Source of the DNA: an uncultured virus (IMG/VR IMGVR_UViG_3300030104_003374)
Taxonomy: Duplodnaviria; Heunggongvirae; Uroviricota; Caudoviricetes
Length of the DNA: 64,000 nt
Direction: 5' to 3' (one strand)
IMG/VR virus record: IMGVR_UViG_3300030104_003374
Numbering within the stretch: position 1 is the stretch's first letter; each line of letters begins with the position of its first letter. Made by a program: the position numbers and the translations under genes. The notes under the pieces are model-generated. The model saw nothing but the letters and a program-made list of their open reading frames with translations. It was not told the origin of the DNA and made no database searches. Shown here in pieces: positions 28,597 to 38,743 of this stretch.

Positions 28597-30447
28597 ATGA
28601 AACCTATTAACGCTGATAACGCTCCTTGCTCACCTCAGTCCTCTAACTGTGTTATTTGGGCTGGACCAGATATATCATGTATAAATTTATGTACAGGGGA
28701 TACTATATCTGATACTGTTAGTAAATTAGCTACTGAGCTTTGCACAATAATGACTACATTAAAAGTAAGCAGTTATGATCTTTCTTGTTTTAGTTTAGCT
28801 ACATGTCCTCCAGCAAAGTTTGAGGAATTAATTCAATTATTGATTAAAAGAATTTGTGCTTTAGAAAATGTAAGCACAACAGATTCTACAACATCATCGG
28901 GTGATTGCCCTACAGGTTGTATTATGAAAATTGAATCTTGTTTAATTACAGGAGAAGAAACTACAATGAATCTTACTGATTATGTAACTCTAATTGCTAG
29001 AAAAGTATGTTCATTAGTAAGTGATATAAGCTTACTTCAAAATCAAATTAATAGTTTAGATATTAGAGTTGATGCCTTAGAAAATGCAGCAGCTCCTACA
29101 TTTACTATGCCTAGTTTTGCAGTTGGATGTGATTTAAGTTTAACTATTACATCTGGTACATCTCATACATTAACTGATATTCTTACAGCATTAGTTAATG
29201 ATTCAACATATGGTTATTGTGCTTTACGTACTCAATTAGGTTTACCATCTGCATTAGCTTTAGCTATAAGTAGAAAATGTATATTACAAGCAACAACTTC
29301 TTTAGCTTCTAGTACAGGTGCTAATATGATTACAGAGTATGTAGATTTTGTTGATGATGCTAGTAGTGATACAATAGCAGAAGCTGTTAATAATATTTGG
29401 ATTTCACTTTGTGATGTTAGGAATTATTTAGCAACATATGAAATAAAAGTAGAAGATACTAATACTATTGATTTAACAGTAACTAAAGATGCTACATATG
29501 GTGATATGGGTGTTACCCTTAGTGCTAAACTAGTAGATACTGGATGGAAAGACTTATTAGGTTTTGGTCATCAGGGTGGTACAGTTGGTGCACCTCAAGC
29601 AAGAAGAATTGGCAATGTAGTTCATTTTAGAGGAGATGTTTTTATTCCTTTATCTGATGGAGCTGGTGGAGTACAACCTATGACAAGTGTTGATAGTTAT
29701 AGAGGCGTATCAAGAGCAACCACTGCTACAGGTGCTGCTAATGGAATAACTTTTTCAAGTAATATAGGATACTTTAATCAAAATGCTTCTGTTATTCCAA
29801 CAAGTATTATGGATGGAGGAACTGCTTTACAACATGTTATTACGTTAGCTGGAGGTAATCTTATAGCAACAAGACAAGTAGCTGTAGATACAGGTACTGT
29901 TCTTATGACAGCTTTTATGGAAGTTTCTATATCAACAGATCTAAAATTATATTATAAGTCTTTAAGTGTATTAGAAAGTAATTCTGCAGATACGGCATCT
30001 TATAGACATGCTTCTTCTGCTAGTAATGTTACAACTAATACTTTAGCTTCAGCAGATGTTCCTAATTATAGTGCTAGTGCTGGAGGTGTTAGACCAGACT
30101 ATGCAAACTCAGGTACACTTGTTGTTGGTCAACTATATACAATTGTAAGTTTTGCAGCAGGTGATGACTTTACAAATATTGGTGCAGCAGCTAATGCAAC
30201 AGGACAAAGCTTTATTGCTACAGGTACAACTCCTACTACATGGACTAATGGATCATCTGTAGCATTAGGACCAGGATTAGGATTTGGTTCACAATCTGAT
30301 GGTTCAGGTGGTTATGCAGATTATCCTTTTGCTATTGATGCTGGTCAACCTGATCAAGTAGGTGGATTTAAATTTAGTTTAGATGGTGTAATGTGTTATA
30401 TAGATCCATGTACTACAGATATTCAACCATCTAAAGTATGTCCTTAA
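28597..30447 (+). CDS. tail fibre-like protein with Cys-rich N-terminus
   Basis: start moved to ATG 28597; coiled coil, DTGWKDL..RRIGNVVHFRG fibre motif, Ala/Thr/Gly beta C-terminus. Confidence 0.65.
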   Translation: MKPINADNAPCSPQSSNCVIWAGPDISCINLCTGDTISDTVSKLATELCTIMTTLKVSSYDLSCFSLATCPPAKFEELIQLLIKRICALENVSTTDSTTSSGDCPTGCIMKIESCLITGEETTMNLTDYVTLIARKVCSLVSDISLLQNQINSLDIRVDALENAAAPTFTMPSFAVGCDLSLTITSGTSHTLTDILTALVNDSTYGYCALRTQLGLPSALALAISRKCILQATTSLASSTGANMITEYVDFVDDASSDTIAEAVNNIWISLCDVRNYLATYEIKVEDTNTIDLTVTKDATYGDMGVTLSAKLVDTGWKDLLGFGHQGGTVGAPQARRIGNVVHFRGDVFIPLSDGAGGVQPMTSVDSYRGVSRATTATGAANGITFSSNIGYFNQNASVIPTSIMDGGTALQHVITLAGGNLIATRQVAVDTGTVLMTAFMEVSISTDLKLYYKSLSVLESNSADTASYRHASSASNVTTNTLASADVPNYSASAGGVRPDYANSGTLVVGQLYTIVSFAAGDDFTNIGAAANATGQSFIATGTTPTTWTNGSSVALGPGLGFGSQSDGSGGYADYPFAIDAGQPDQVGGFKFSLDGVMCYIDPCTTDIQPSKVCP

Positions 30448-30467
30448 ATAAATTAAAAAATTAGAAA

Positions 30468-31013
30468 ATGGCAAATTGTGAAAAATGTGGATGTGATGAT
30501 AAGTTTTTACCATCTCCAGCTCCTTGTCCAGAGCCAGAAGCATGTGTTGAAGATGCACAATGTTCAGAAGTAGTAGATGCAAAATGTACTAGATATACTG
30601 GTGATGAATTAGCATGTGGTACTAATGTAATAGTTCCTCAAAATACTTTTATTGATAGAGCTCTTGCAAACATTATAACATTAATATGTTCTAGTACTAC
30701 TAACAAATATGTTAAAGAATTTGATTCACTTTTAAATGATGTTAATGTTATTACTGGAGTAGAGATAACAAATTGTTTTGGATTGAAAGATGGTTGTTTA
30801 ATTCCAAAAGGAGGAGGACCAATTGTTCAATCAAGAGCAGATTTTACAATTGATGTATATAAATATGATTCTGGCACAACAACTTGGACAAATATAACTC
30901 ATGAAGCTACTACTGCTATTTCTGTAAATGAATCTACGGGAGATGTAACTATTACATTATCAGCAGCTCCTGTATTAGAACCTATTCCTCTTAGAGTTAT
31001 TTTAGTAGGATAA
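30468..31013 (+). CDS. Cys-rich fibre-associated protein, N-module paralogous to 28597 gene
   Basis: CSEVVDAKCTRYTGDELAC versus CSPQSSNCVIWAGPDISC. Confidence 0.6.
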   Translation: MANCEKCGCDDKFLPSPAPCPEPEACVEDAQCSEVVDAKCTRYTGDELACGTNVIVPQNTFIDRALANIITLICSSTTNKYVKEFDSLLNDVNVITGVEITNCFGLKDGCLIPKGGGPIVQSRADFTIDVYKYDSGTTTWTNITHEATTAISVNESTGDVTITLSAAPVLEPIPLRVILVG

Positions 31014-31015
31014 AG

Positions 31016-31088
31016 ACATGTCGCAGTTTTGTTGGTTATTGCGGCTAACAAGGATAAAGCCCTCACACAAGTGGGGGTTTTGTTTTTT
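31016..31088 (+). ncRNA. candidate 3'-UTR small RNA: seed hairpin plus terminator
   Basis: stem GTCGCAGT/ATTGCGGC with loop TTTGTTGGTT complementary to AACCAACAAA leaders. Confidence 0.45.
31056..31088 (+). terminator. intrinsic terminator
   Basis: AAAGCCCTCAC-ACAA-GTGGGGGTTTT then TTTTTT. Confidence 0.8.
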
Positions 31089-31121
31089 ATGTTATCTTTA
31101 TACTTGTTAAACTCATTTAAA

Positions 31122-31133
31122 TTTAGTATATTA
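31122..31133 (+). promoter_or_regulatory. putative late promoter motif (TTTAGTATATTA)
   Basis: 11/12 match after terminator, upstream of ATG 31147. Confidence 0.55.
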
Positions 31134-31146
31134 ATTAATAAGTAGC

Positions 31147-31722
31147 ATGGACAAACAATTTAATGAACCTGATTTGAATGCGCCAAGATACAGAAGAGAA
31201 GCGTATCAAATTATTAATAAAGATTTTTATAAAAGATTTTTTAAAAAGTATCCTCACTATAAAGGAAAAGAAACTAAAGAGATCTATAAAATAATAAAAA
31301 CCTTTAATGAATATGTTTGTCAAACTGTCATTGATAAACGGGATGGTGTTGAATTACCAGAAAGTTTAGGATGGTTATTTATTGCTACTTGTAAAGGTAC
31401 TAAAAAGAAAAATATAAATGTAGCTAAGTCTATTAAGTATGGTATGAAGGTAACAAATAAAAACTGGGAGACTGATGGAAAAGTAGCCAAGATTTTTTAT
31501 AGCAATTTTGCACCTAAGTATAAATACAAACATAGAGAGTATTGGGGATTTAAAGCTTGTAGAAATTTTAAAAGATCTGTGTCTAATACTTATCCCGATA
31601 ATTGGCCTATTTATATGGAACTAGAACCTAATAAAAGAATAAAAGCTAGGTATACTAGCAAAGTAATAAAAGATAAGCAGGCTGCTAAAGCTTTAAAAAA
31701 CTATAACGAGTTTGACATATGA
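31147..31722 (+). CDS. IHF-like protein of crAss-like tail module
   Basis: GVELPESLGWLFI, FKACRNFKR; basic; precedes ring and muzzle genes. Confidence 0.6.
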   Translation: MDKQFNEPDLNAPRYRREAYQIINKDFYKRFFKKYPHYKGKETKEIYKIIKTFNEYVCQTVIDKRDGVELPESLGWLFIATCKGTKKKNINVAKSIKYGMKVTNKNWETDGKVAKIFYSNFAPKYKYKHREYWGFKACRNFKRSVSNTYPDNWPIYMELEPNKRIKARYTSKVIKDKQAAKALKNYNEFDI

Positions 31723-32393
31723 CTACTGTAGGGCAAGTAATATCAAGAGTAAGAAATGTTCTTAAGGCAGTTAAAGAAGATCCTTTCTTAACTGATAGAA
31801 CTATCTATTATGCAATAGTTAAATATGCTCAAGCTTTAATGAAAAGAGAAGATGTTAATAATAGACTTATGAAGTTAAGTTCTATATTTAATGTTCTTCC
31901 AAATGTAGAGCTTCTTGAAGTAGATAAGATAGAAGCTTCTTGTGCAGGGATACAATCAGGATGTATTATAAAAAGATCTAGATATAAAATGCCTGGATTT
32001 CTTGATGCATTAAATGGACCTGTGATTAGAACAGTATCTTCACTTGATGGATCAATTGAACTATATAGAACTGATCCTGGTACATATACATCAATGACAA
32101 AACTAACTTCATTTAAATATAATAATAGATTTTACTTTTGGTTTTTAAATGGATACTTATATTTTCCAAACTTAGAATGGGATGCAGTTAGAGTAGAAGG
32201 AGCCTTTGAAGGAAGTATAGCTCCCTTTCTTTGTGAAGATGATCCTGCTAAATGCTCTTTAAGACAAAATGAGCAAACAGGTATCCCTGAATATTTGTAT
32301 GCTGAAGTAGAGCAGATGGTTATACAAGAGTTAACTACTACTATGAAAGTACCAGCAAATGGTGCAGATGATAATCAAAATGTTCTTAGATAA
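31719..32393 (+). CDS. tail ring/tubular protein
   Basis: 224 aa, FWFLNGYLYFPN, VRVEGAFE; synteny before muzzle. Confidence 0.65.
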   Translation: MTTVGQVISRVRNVLKAVKEDPFLTDRTIYYAIVKYAQALMKREDVNNRLMKLSSIFNVLPNVELLEVDKIEASCAGIQSGCIIKRSRYKMPGFLDALNGPVIRTVSSLDGSIELYRTDPGTYTSMTKLTSFKYNNRFYFWFLNGYLYFPNLEWDAVRVEGAFEGSIAPFLCEDDPAKCSLRQNEQTGIPEYLYAEVEQMVIQELTTTMKVPANGADDNQNVLR

Positions 32394-33364
32394 TGGATCA
32401 GAATTATACACTTAAATATAGAACCTTTGATCAGCTTATAGAAGATGTTTCAGTTGATATGACGGGACTTGCCTTAGAAAATAAGATAGAGCCTCAGCAA
32501 TTAATTAAAATGGCTAGAAAAGTAAATTATGATCTAGGTTTAAGAATTAATCAAACTAAAGAAATTATATTAGAAGTATGTCACGGAAGAGTTAAACTAC
32601 CAGATGACTTTGATACTTTTAATTTAGCTTATATATGTGGAGACTTTGTAAAGTCTGTAGGTTATAATATTGGAGGAACTAATATACAAGAGGTTCCTTA
32701 TACAGAAACACCTGCTTCAACAGATCCTTGTGCAGCACCTACTGTAAATTGTTCATCTTGTAATTCTAATCCTTGTCAAGAAACTGCTGCTGGATGTCTT
32801 CCTTCTAATGTAGATTTAAATAAATCAGTTGGTGTATACGGAGATACTTGCATTAAACCTAGAGTATTTACAAATTGCAAAGGAGATAAATATGAAATAA
32901 TTCAAATAGTAGGAGGCGGAGAAACTTATGTTTCTAGAAATCTTTTACCTCTTAGAATGAGATCTAGTAAAACAATTGAATCTAATTGTCCAAATCTTTA
33001 TGTTACTGCAACAAATGAAGGTTGGATAAGAGATGGTTTTTTATTTACTAGTTTTGATACTGGTAAGGTGTATTTAAATTATCAAGGAGAAATGGAAGAT
33101 GAAGATGGAAACTTAATGGTTCCTGATCATCCATTACTTAATGAGTATTATGAGTATGCTATTAAATCTAGAATTCTAGAAAATTTATATATTAATGGAG
33201 AAGATGTAGCTCAAAGAATGCAGTTAATAGAACAAAAGTTAAGACCTGCAAGAAATAATGCTTTATCAATAGTTAATATGCCGAACTTCAAAGAGCTTAA
33301 GGGAATATATTGGGCAAATAGAAAAGCAATGTATGCAAGATATTATGATATGTTTAAAAGCTAA
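32393..33364 (+). CDS. tail ring/tubular protein with Cys-rich insert
   Basis: GRVKLPDDF, TSFDTGKVYLNY, DEDGNLMVPDH. Confidence 0.65.
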   Translation: MDQNYTLKYRTFDQLIEDVSVDMTGLALENKIEPQQLIKMARKVNYDLGLRINQTKEIILEVCHGRVKLPDDFDTFNLAYICGDFVKSVGYNIGGTNIQEVPYTETPASTDPCAAPTVNCSSCNSNPCQETAAGCLPSNVDLNKSVGVYGDTCIKPRVFTNCKGDKYEIIQIVGGGETYVSRNLLPLRMRSSKTIESNCPNLYVTATNEGWIRDGFLFTSFDTGKVYLNYQGEMEDEDGNLMVPDHPLLNEYYEYAIKSRILENLYINGEDVAQRMQLIEQKLRPARNNALSIVNMPNFKELKGIYWANRKAMYARYYDMFKS

Positions 33365-33376
33365 TACTAATTTGAC

Positions 33377-36300
33377 ATGGCAAAGAAACGGCTTCCTAAT
33401 ACTTCTAATGTAAAAACTCATAGTTTTGTAAAGGGTCTTAATAAAGATTCTGATTTTACATATGTGCAAGATGGCATGTGGACGCATGCACGGAATGCAA
33501 CTAATAATACTATTGAGGGAAACCAAGGTACTATTTCTAATGCTTCTTCAAATCAATTATGTGCTACAGCAGGTGCTTTTATGCCTACTAATTTTGGAGA
33601 TAGAAAAATAATAGGTGCAATACATTTGTTTGCTGATAAATGGATAATTTATACAGTTGGTCATAATGCTACAGATACTGCAACAATGTCTGAAATAGGA
33701 CTTTTAGAAGATGACTCTTGTACTTATAGAACTATTGTTCAAGATGCATGTTTAAACTTTGATAAAAGATATCTTATAGATGGTGCTTCTAAAGAAATGG
33801 AAGACTGTTCTTGGCAAGTATATTGGTGTGATAATAAAAACCCTGATAGATTTTTAAATGTAGGAGATCCTAAAACTTGGCCTGATAGCACTTATAGTTT
33901 TATTGGTCAAGGAGATATAAACTATTATACTAACGGTAGTATTAAGATTCTTTGGCCCGGTGTAGAATGGAAAGAAGATTTACTTAATCCATCTACTCCA
34001 CCACCTTGCTCAACCTTTCCTGATTTAAATGAATTAGATTGCGAAAAAATAAGAATAACTAGTTTAGTACAAACTCCTTGTGTTGAGGTAACCCCAGGTC
34101 AATCAGGAGGAACTATAAATAATGGTAGTTATTCTGCTGCAATAGCTTATACTATTAAAGGTCAAAAAGTAACTGATTACTTTTCCCCTAGTAATATTCA
34201 GCCTGTATGGCATGAGGATAATGGTAAAAATTCATTAGAAATTAAAATAGAAGCGGATACTGAAAATTTTGATGAGTTTCAAATAGCTTTAATTCAAACA
34301 GTAAATTCAATTTCAACTGCAGTCATATTAGGTTTATATTCTAGTAGTACATCAAGAATTACTCTAGATGGTCTTCAAGGAGATTTTAGAGCTGAAACAT
34401 TTTTTAATCTTAATTTAATATCTGATGTATATGAGAAATCTAAACAGATTGAAAATGTAAATAGTTATTTACTAAGAGTAGCTCCTACTACATATTTTGA
34501 TTTTAACTATCAGCCATTAGCTAATTTAATTAGATCTAAGTGGGTTTCTGTAGAATATCCTGCAGAATACTATATTAATGGAGGACATAAAACAAGTTAC
34601 TTAAGAGATGAAGTTTATGCTTTTTTTATAAGATGGGTTTATAATACAGGTTATAAATCTCCTTCTTTTCATATTCCTGGAAGAGCACCTTCTGATTTTA
34701 AAATACCAACTAGTGGTGATGTAGTTTCTGAAGCTAGTAATGATGTTATTTATAATGATATAAATACATTATACACAGGAGATCATATTTTTGAAACTTA
34801 TAACACAGCTTCATTATCAACATTGCCTGGTGGTGTATCAACAACATTAGATGATGGAGGTAAAATTGTTGCTTCAGGTAATATGGGTTACTGGCAATCA
34901 ACGGAAATATATGATGATAAAAAACCTGAAGTTTGGAATTCATCTTCACACTGTTGGACAAATCAATCTGATCCAGCAAATGATTTATGTGGTGAATATA
35001 TTAGACATCATAAGTTTCCTGATAATACATTAAGTAATGAGACTATGCACTTTAAACCTAATCCTACTTCTTCTACAATTGTAGATGAAGCTAAGATTAG
35101 ATTAATGGGTGTTATATTTGAAAACATACCTTTACCAAAAGATAACTTAGGTAAAGATATACCTGGTATAGTTGGTTATGAAATACTAAGAGGATCAAGA
35201 CAAGGTAATAAATCTATAGTTGCAAAAGGAATGATTAACAACTATAGAACATTTGAGTTTAAAGGAACAAGTAAAAAAGGTAAAACAGGTTTATATGCAA
35301 ATCATCCTTTTAATACTATAAAGCCTTGGGGTAATACAAATGATCCTTCAGATTATAACTATAACTTACAAGATCCTTATATAACTCAGCAGGAAAATGA
35401 TGATGATCCTGTAGAACAAAAAATACCTTCTGATATTATATCTTTTCATTCACCGGATACAATGTTTAGAGTTCCTTATTTATCTACCACTGAGTTAAAA
35501 CTTTATGGTGTAATTAAAGGATTTTCAAATCAAAGTTTTCATGAACCTAATCAGCATCCTAAGTTTAAGTTAGTAGATAACTGGGCTTTAGTTACAATGA
35601 TTACATCAGGTTTAATACAGGCTATTATATCAATGGTACCTAGGAATACTTATAATGCACCTAATGTATTAGGAACAGGTGGTGGACAAGCTAATGCTGT
35701 TCCTGCTAATTCTGCAGCAGCTATAGCTGCAGCTGCTACAACTCAAGCAGGTATTGAAAGCTATAACGCTGCTATGGATACATACTTTGGAACTGGTCAA
35801 CCTGCATTAGATGTTGTCTTAGGACTAGTAGGTGGTTATGGAGCTACTATAGCGGCTGGTTATGAAACAAGTATTTTACTTCCTGCTTTTGCTGCTGGAT
35901 TAACAGCTGGGGCAATACCTCCAACTGCCGGATATTATACAGTAGAGTTTCCGGATTATTATTATTTAGATCCTATTAATAGAGTAGCAAGTGGATTAAG
36001 TCAACTAGCTTTTTATTTTTCAGAGGGATCTTCTTCAACATTAAGACTTATAAAAGCAATATTACCATATAGACAATATGCTTTACAAATGATGTCTCAT
36101 GGTTTATATAGTAATATGACAAGTGTTGATGTAGCAAATCCTCAAAGATTTAAAGTCCCCGATGCTTTTTACATTAAGAATAATATTCAAAACTTACCAA
36201 GATATCAAAATAATTTAGGATCAGATTTTTCATATCAAATAAATAATTTAAAGAGAAATAGAAATGTTACTCTTAGAACAGAAGCTGGACCTGTAGGACA

Positions 36301-38743
36301 TACTATAAGTAGTATAGGGCCAACGCTTTTAGATGAAGATAAGTCACTGGTTACTTTAGGAACACTTGTACAAAATGGGACACCTCCTATTCCTGCTCCA
36401 AATAGTCTGTCTGGAGATATACCTAGATTTGATGATCCTACTAATCCAGAATTTTCTTTACCTATTGCTAGTTATTATGGAGGAATTAAGTTTAGACTTA
36501 AAAACCAATATGGTAAATTAGATTCTATATTACAAACAGTTATCACACCTTGTGAGCAAAAAGATTTTAGATATGCTCCAGAAGGACCTATATGTAATAC
36601 TAATGGCACAGAAGAAGAATTATATATAAATATTATTCCTCATTCTCCTGTACTATTTGGAGGAGATACATATATAAATAGATATACTGAAAAAAATACA
36701 ATGTTATTTTTTAATCAGTGGTTATTTGATTTTCCAGATGGACAACAGTATAACTATATGTTAGATCAAATGATTCCTGAACCCAAGTTTCATTGTAATA
36801 GTCAAAGCTATGATGTGTCTAACTTGATTAATGAAATTAATATATTTGGTTCTGTTCCTGGAAATAACCAAGGTGCTTTACCAGGACAAGGACCTTTACC
36901 TACAGATTTTTATAATTTAGATCACAGAAAATATAAATATAAAACTAATAGTAAAGGAGCTTACCCTGGAATTTTTGGAGTTAAAGAATCATTCTTTTAT
37001 TTAGCAGATTCTGCAATTAGAGACTTTTATGTAGAGAGTGATGTTCTTATAGATTTTAGAGAAAATGCTCCAATAGACATGGCTACTAAACATTACGACC
37101 CTTATAGATTTACAGATTTCTACTCTATGTTTGATATGAATCCAAAAATTATAACGGCAGATAATGTATATAAATATGACTACTCTTTAAGTATTACTAA
37201 AAGTGTAAACCAAAAGGTTTCTGCTGGAGCAATGCAAAATAGAAATTATGATCCTAATGTTGCTAGCTTATGTTATACAACATATCCTAATAGAATACTT
37301 TATTCTTTACCTCAAATAAATACACTATCATATAAAGATTCTTGGAGAATATTTTTATTAGATAACTTAGTAAATTTGAGTGGAGCAATTAGTGGAGTAA
37401 AACAGTTTGGTAGAAGTGGTATATTTATTACATTTAATAATCAAAGTCCTATAATGTATCAAGGAGTAGATACATTAAAAACAGATGCAAGTAGAAAACT
37501 TACTATTGGAGATGGTGGATTATTTTCTCAGCCTCCTCAAAAAATATCTTCTGCAGAAGCTCCTTATGAATATGGCTCATGTCAAGATAATAGATCTATA
37601 AGTTCTTCTCCAGGAGGTTTTTATTATATATCTCAAAATCAAGGTAAAATATTTTCTTATGGTAATGGTATAAATGAAATATCTCAAAATGGAATGAAGT
37701 GGTGGTTTGATACTTTCTTACCATATCAACTATTACAAGATTTTCCTGACTATCCTTACTTAGACAATCCTGTATGTGGCATTGGTTGTCAGACTCTTTT
37801 TGATAATGATAATATATTATTATACTTTTCTAAGAAAGACTATAAGCTTAAGTCAGAATACATAGGACAAGTTATTTATGATTCAGAAAAAGATATATTT
37901 ACTATAAGAGATAGAAAAGCAAGTAGATTTAAACTTGGAGATCCTGAACTTTTTGATGACGCATCATGGACTATAAGTTTTGATCCTAAGTCTAAGTTCT
38001 TTATATCTTTTCATGACTGGCATCCAGATTTAGTTTTACCTGGAAAAAACAATTGGATTACAACAAAGAATAATCAGCTATGGAAACATAATGACAAGTG
38101 TAATGATTATTGTAATTACTATGGTAGAAATTATCCTTTTGAATTAGAAATACCTGTATCAACAGGACAGAACGTAACTACCTTAAAAAGTGTTGAGTAT
38201 ATTTTAGAATCTTATAAAAGAGCAGAGTTTAATTGTTTTGATCAGTTTCATGTATTAGATTTTAATTTTGATGAGGCAGTTATTTATAATTCAGAACAGG
38301 TATCTGGTTATTTAAATTTAAACTTAATGCCTAAGAACAATATTTTACTCTCTTTAGAATATCCAAAATATAATACCTCTAATCCTTCTTATGATATATT
38401 ATTTTCAAAAGAAGAAAATAAATATAGGTTTAATCAATTTTGGGATATTACAAAAGATAGAGGAGAGTTTCCTATAGGAGCTGGCTATCCACCAACAGGT
38501 CCTGTAATTCCAGGAAGCACTGTACTAGATGGTAACTATAATGAAAGACATATATGGTTAACTAAACCAAATGGATACATAAGAGAATTAAATACTACAA
38601 ATTTAGATTATCAAAAATCACAAGAACAGCGTAAAAGATTCAGACATTATGCTAACTTTATAAGTTTAAAAAGAAATATTTCAGGTCCTGTTAACATGGT
38701 TCTTAAAATGATTAATACAAAATCTCAAATATCTCAAAGGTAA
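33377..38743 (+). CDS. tail stabilisation (muzzle) protein, P22 gp10-like
   Basis: 1788 aa; FVKGLNKD..ARNA N-terminus, beta-propeller-like strands, WTISF..FISFHDWHPD; precedes cargo genes. Confidence 0.75.
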   Translation: MAKKRLPNTSNVKTHSFVKGLNKDSDFTYVQDGMWTHARNATNNTIEGNQGTISNASSNQLCATAGAFMPTNFGDRKIIGAIHLFADKWIIYTVGHNATDTATMSEIGLLEDDSCTYRTIVQDACLNFDKRYLIDGASKEMEDCSWQVYWCDNKNPDRFLNVGDPKTWPDSTYSFIGQGDINYYTNGSIKILWPGVEWKEDLLNPSTPPPCSTFPDLNELDCEKIRITSLVQTPCVEVTPGQSGGTINNGSYSAAIAYTIKGQKVTDYFSPSNIQPVWHEDNGKNSLEIKIEADTENFDEFQIALIQTVNSISTAVILGLYSSSTSRITLDGLQGDFRAETFFNLNLISDVYEKSKQIENVNSYLLRVAPTTYFDFNYQPLANLIRSKWVSVEYPAEYYINGGHKTSYLRDEVYAFFIRWVYNTGYKSPSFHIPGRAPSDFKIPTSGDVVSEASNDVIYNDINTLYTGDHIFETYNTASLSTLPGGVSTTLDDGGKIVASGNMGYWQSTEIYDDKKPEVWNSSSHCWTNQSDPANDLCGEYIRHHKFPDNTLSNETMHFKPNPTSSTIVDEAKIRLMGVIFENIPLPKDNLGKDIPGIVGYEILRGSRQGNKSIVAKGMINNYRTFEFKGTSKKGKTGLYANHPFNTIKPWGNTNDPSDYNYNLQDPYITQQENDDDPVEQKIPSDIISFHSPDTMFRVPYLSTTELKLYGVIKGFSNQSFHEPNQHPKFKLVDNWALVTMITSGLIQAIISMVPRNTYNAPNVLGTGGGQANAVPANSAAAIAAAATTQAGIESYNAAMDTYFGTGQPALDVVLGLVGGYGATIAAGYETSILLPAFAAGLTAGAIPPTAGYYTVEFPDYYYLDPINRVASGLSQLAFYFSEGSSSTLRLIKAILPYRQYALQMMSHGLYSNMTSVDVANPQRFKVPDAFYIKNNIQNLPRYQNNLGSDFSYQINNLKRNRNVTLRTEAGPVGHTISSIGPTLLDEDKSLVTLGTLVQNGTPPIPAPNSLSGDIPRFDDPTNPEFSLPIASYYGGIKFRLKNQYGKLDSILQTVITPCEQKDFRYAPEGPICNTNGTEEELYINIIPHSPVLFGGDTYINRYTEKNTMLFFNQWLFDFPDGQQYNYMLDQMIPEPKFHCNSQSYDVSNLINEINIFGSVPGNNQGALPGQGPLPTDFYNLDHRKYKYKTNSKGAYPGIFGVKESFFYLADSAIRDFYVESDVLIDFRENAPIDMATKHYDPYRFTDFYSMFDMNPKIITADNVYKYDYSLSITKSVNQKVSAGAMQNRNYDPNVASLCYTTYPNRILYSLPQINTLSYKDSWRIFLLDNLVNLSGAISGVKQFGRSGIFITFNNQSPIMYQGVDTLKTDASRKLTIGDGGLFSQPPQKISSAEAPYEYGSCQDNRSISSSPGGFYYISQNQGKIFSYGNGINEISQNGMKWWFDTFLPYQLLQDFPDYPYLDNPVCGIGCQTLFDNDNILLYFSKKDYKLKSEYIGQVIYDSEKDIFTIRDRKASRFKLGDPELFDDASWTISFDPKSKFFISFHDWHPDLVLPGKNNWITTKNNQLWKHNDKCNDYCNYYGRNYPFELEIPVSTGQNVTTLKSVEYILESYKRAEFNCFDQFHVLDFNFDEAVIYNSEQVSGYLNLNLMPKNNILLSLEYPKYNTSNPSYDILFSKEENKYRFNQFWDITKDRGEFPIGAGYPPTGPVIPGSTVLDGNYNERHIWLTKPNGYIRELNTTNLDYQKSQEQRKRFRHYANFISLKRNISGPVNMVLKMINTKSQISQR

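Noticed and set aside
31007..31059. Mini CRISPR array (repeat-35 nt-repeat)
   Set aside because: Repeats only 9 bp, two copies, no cas genes
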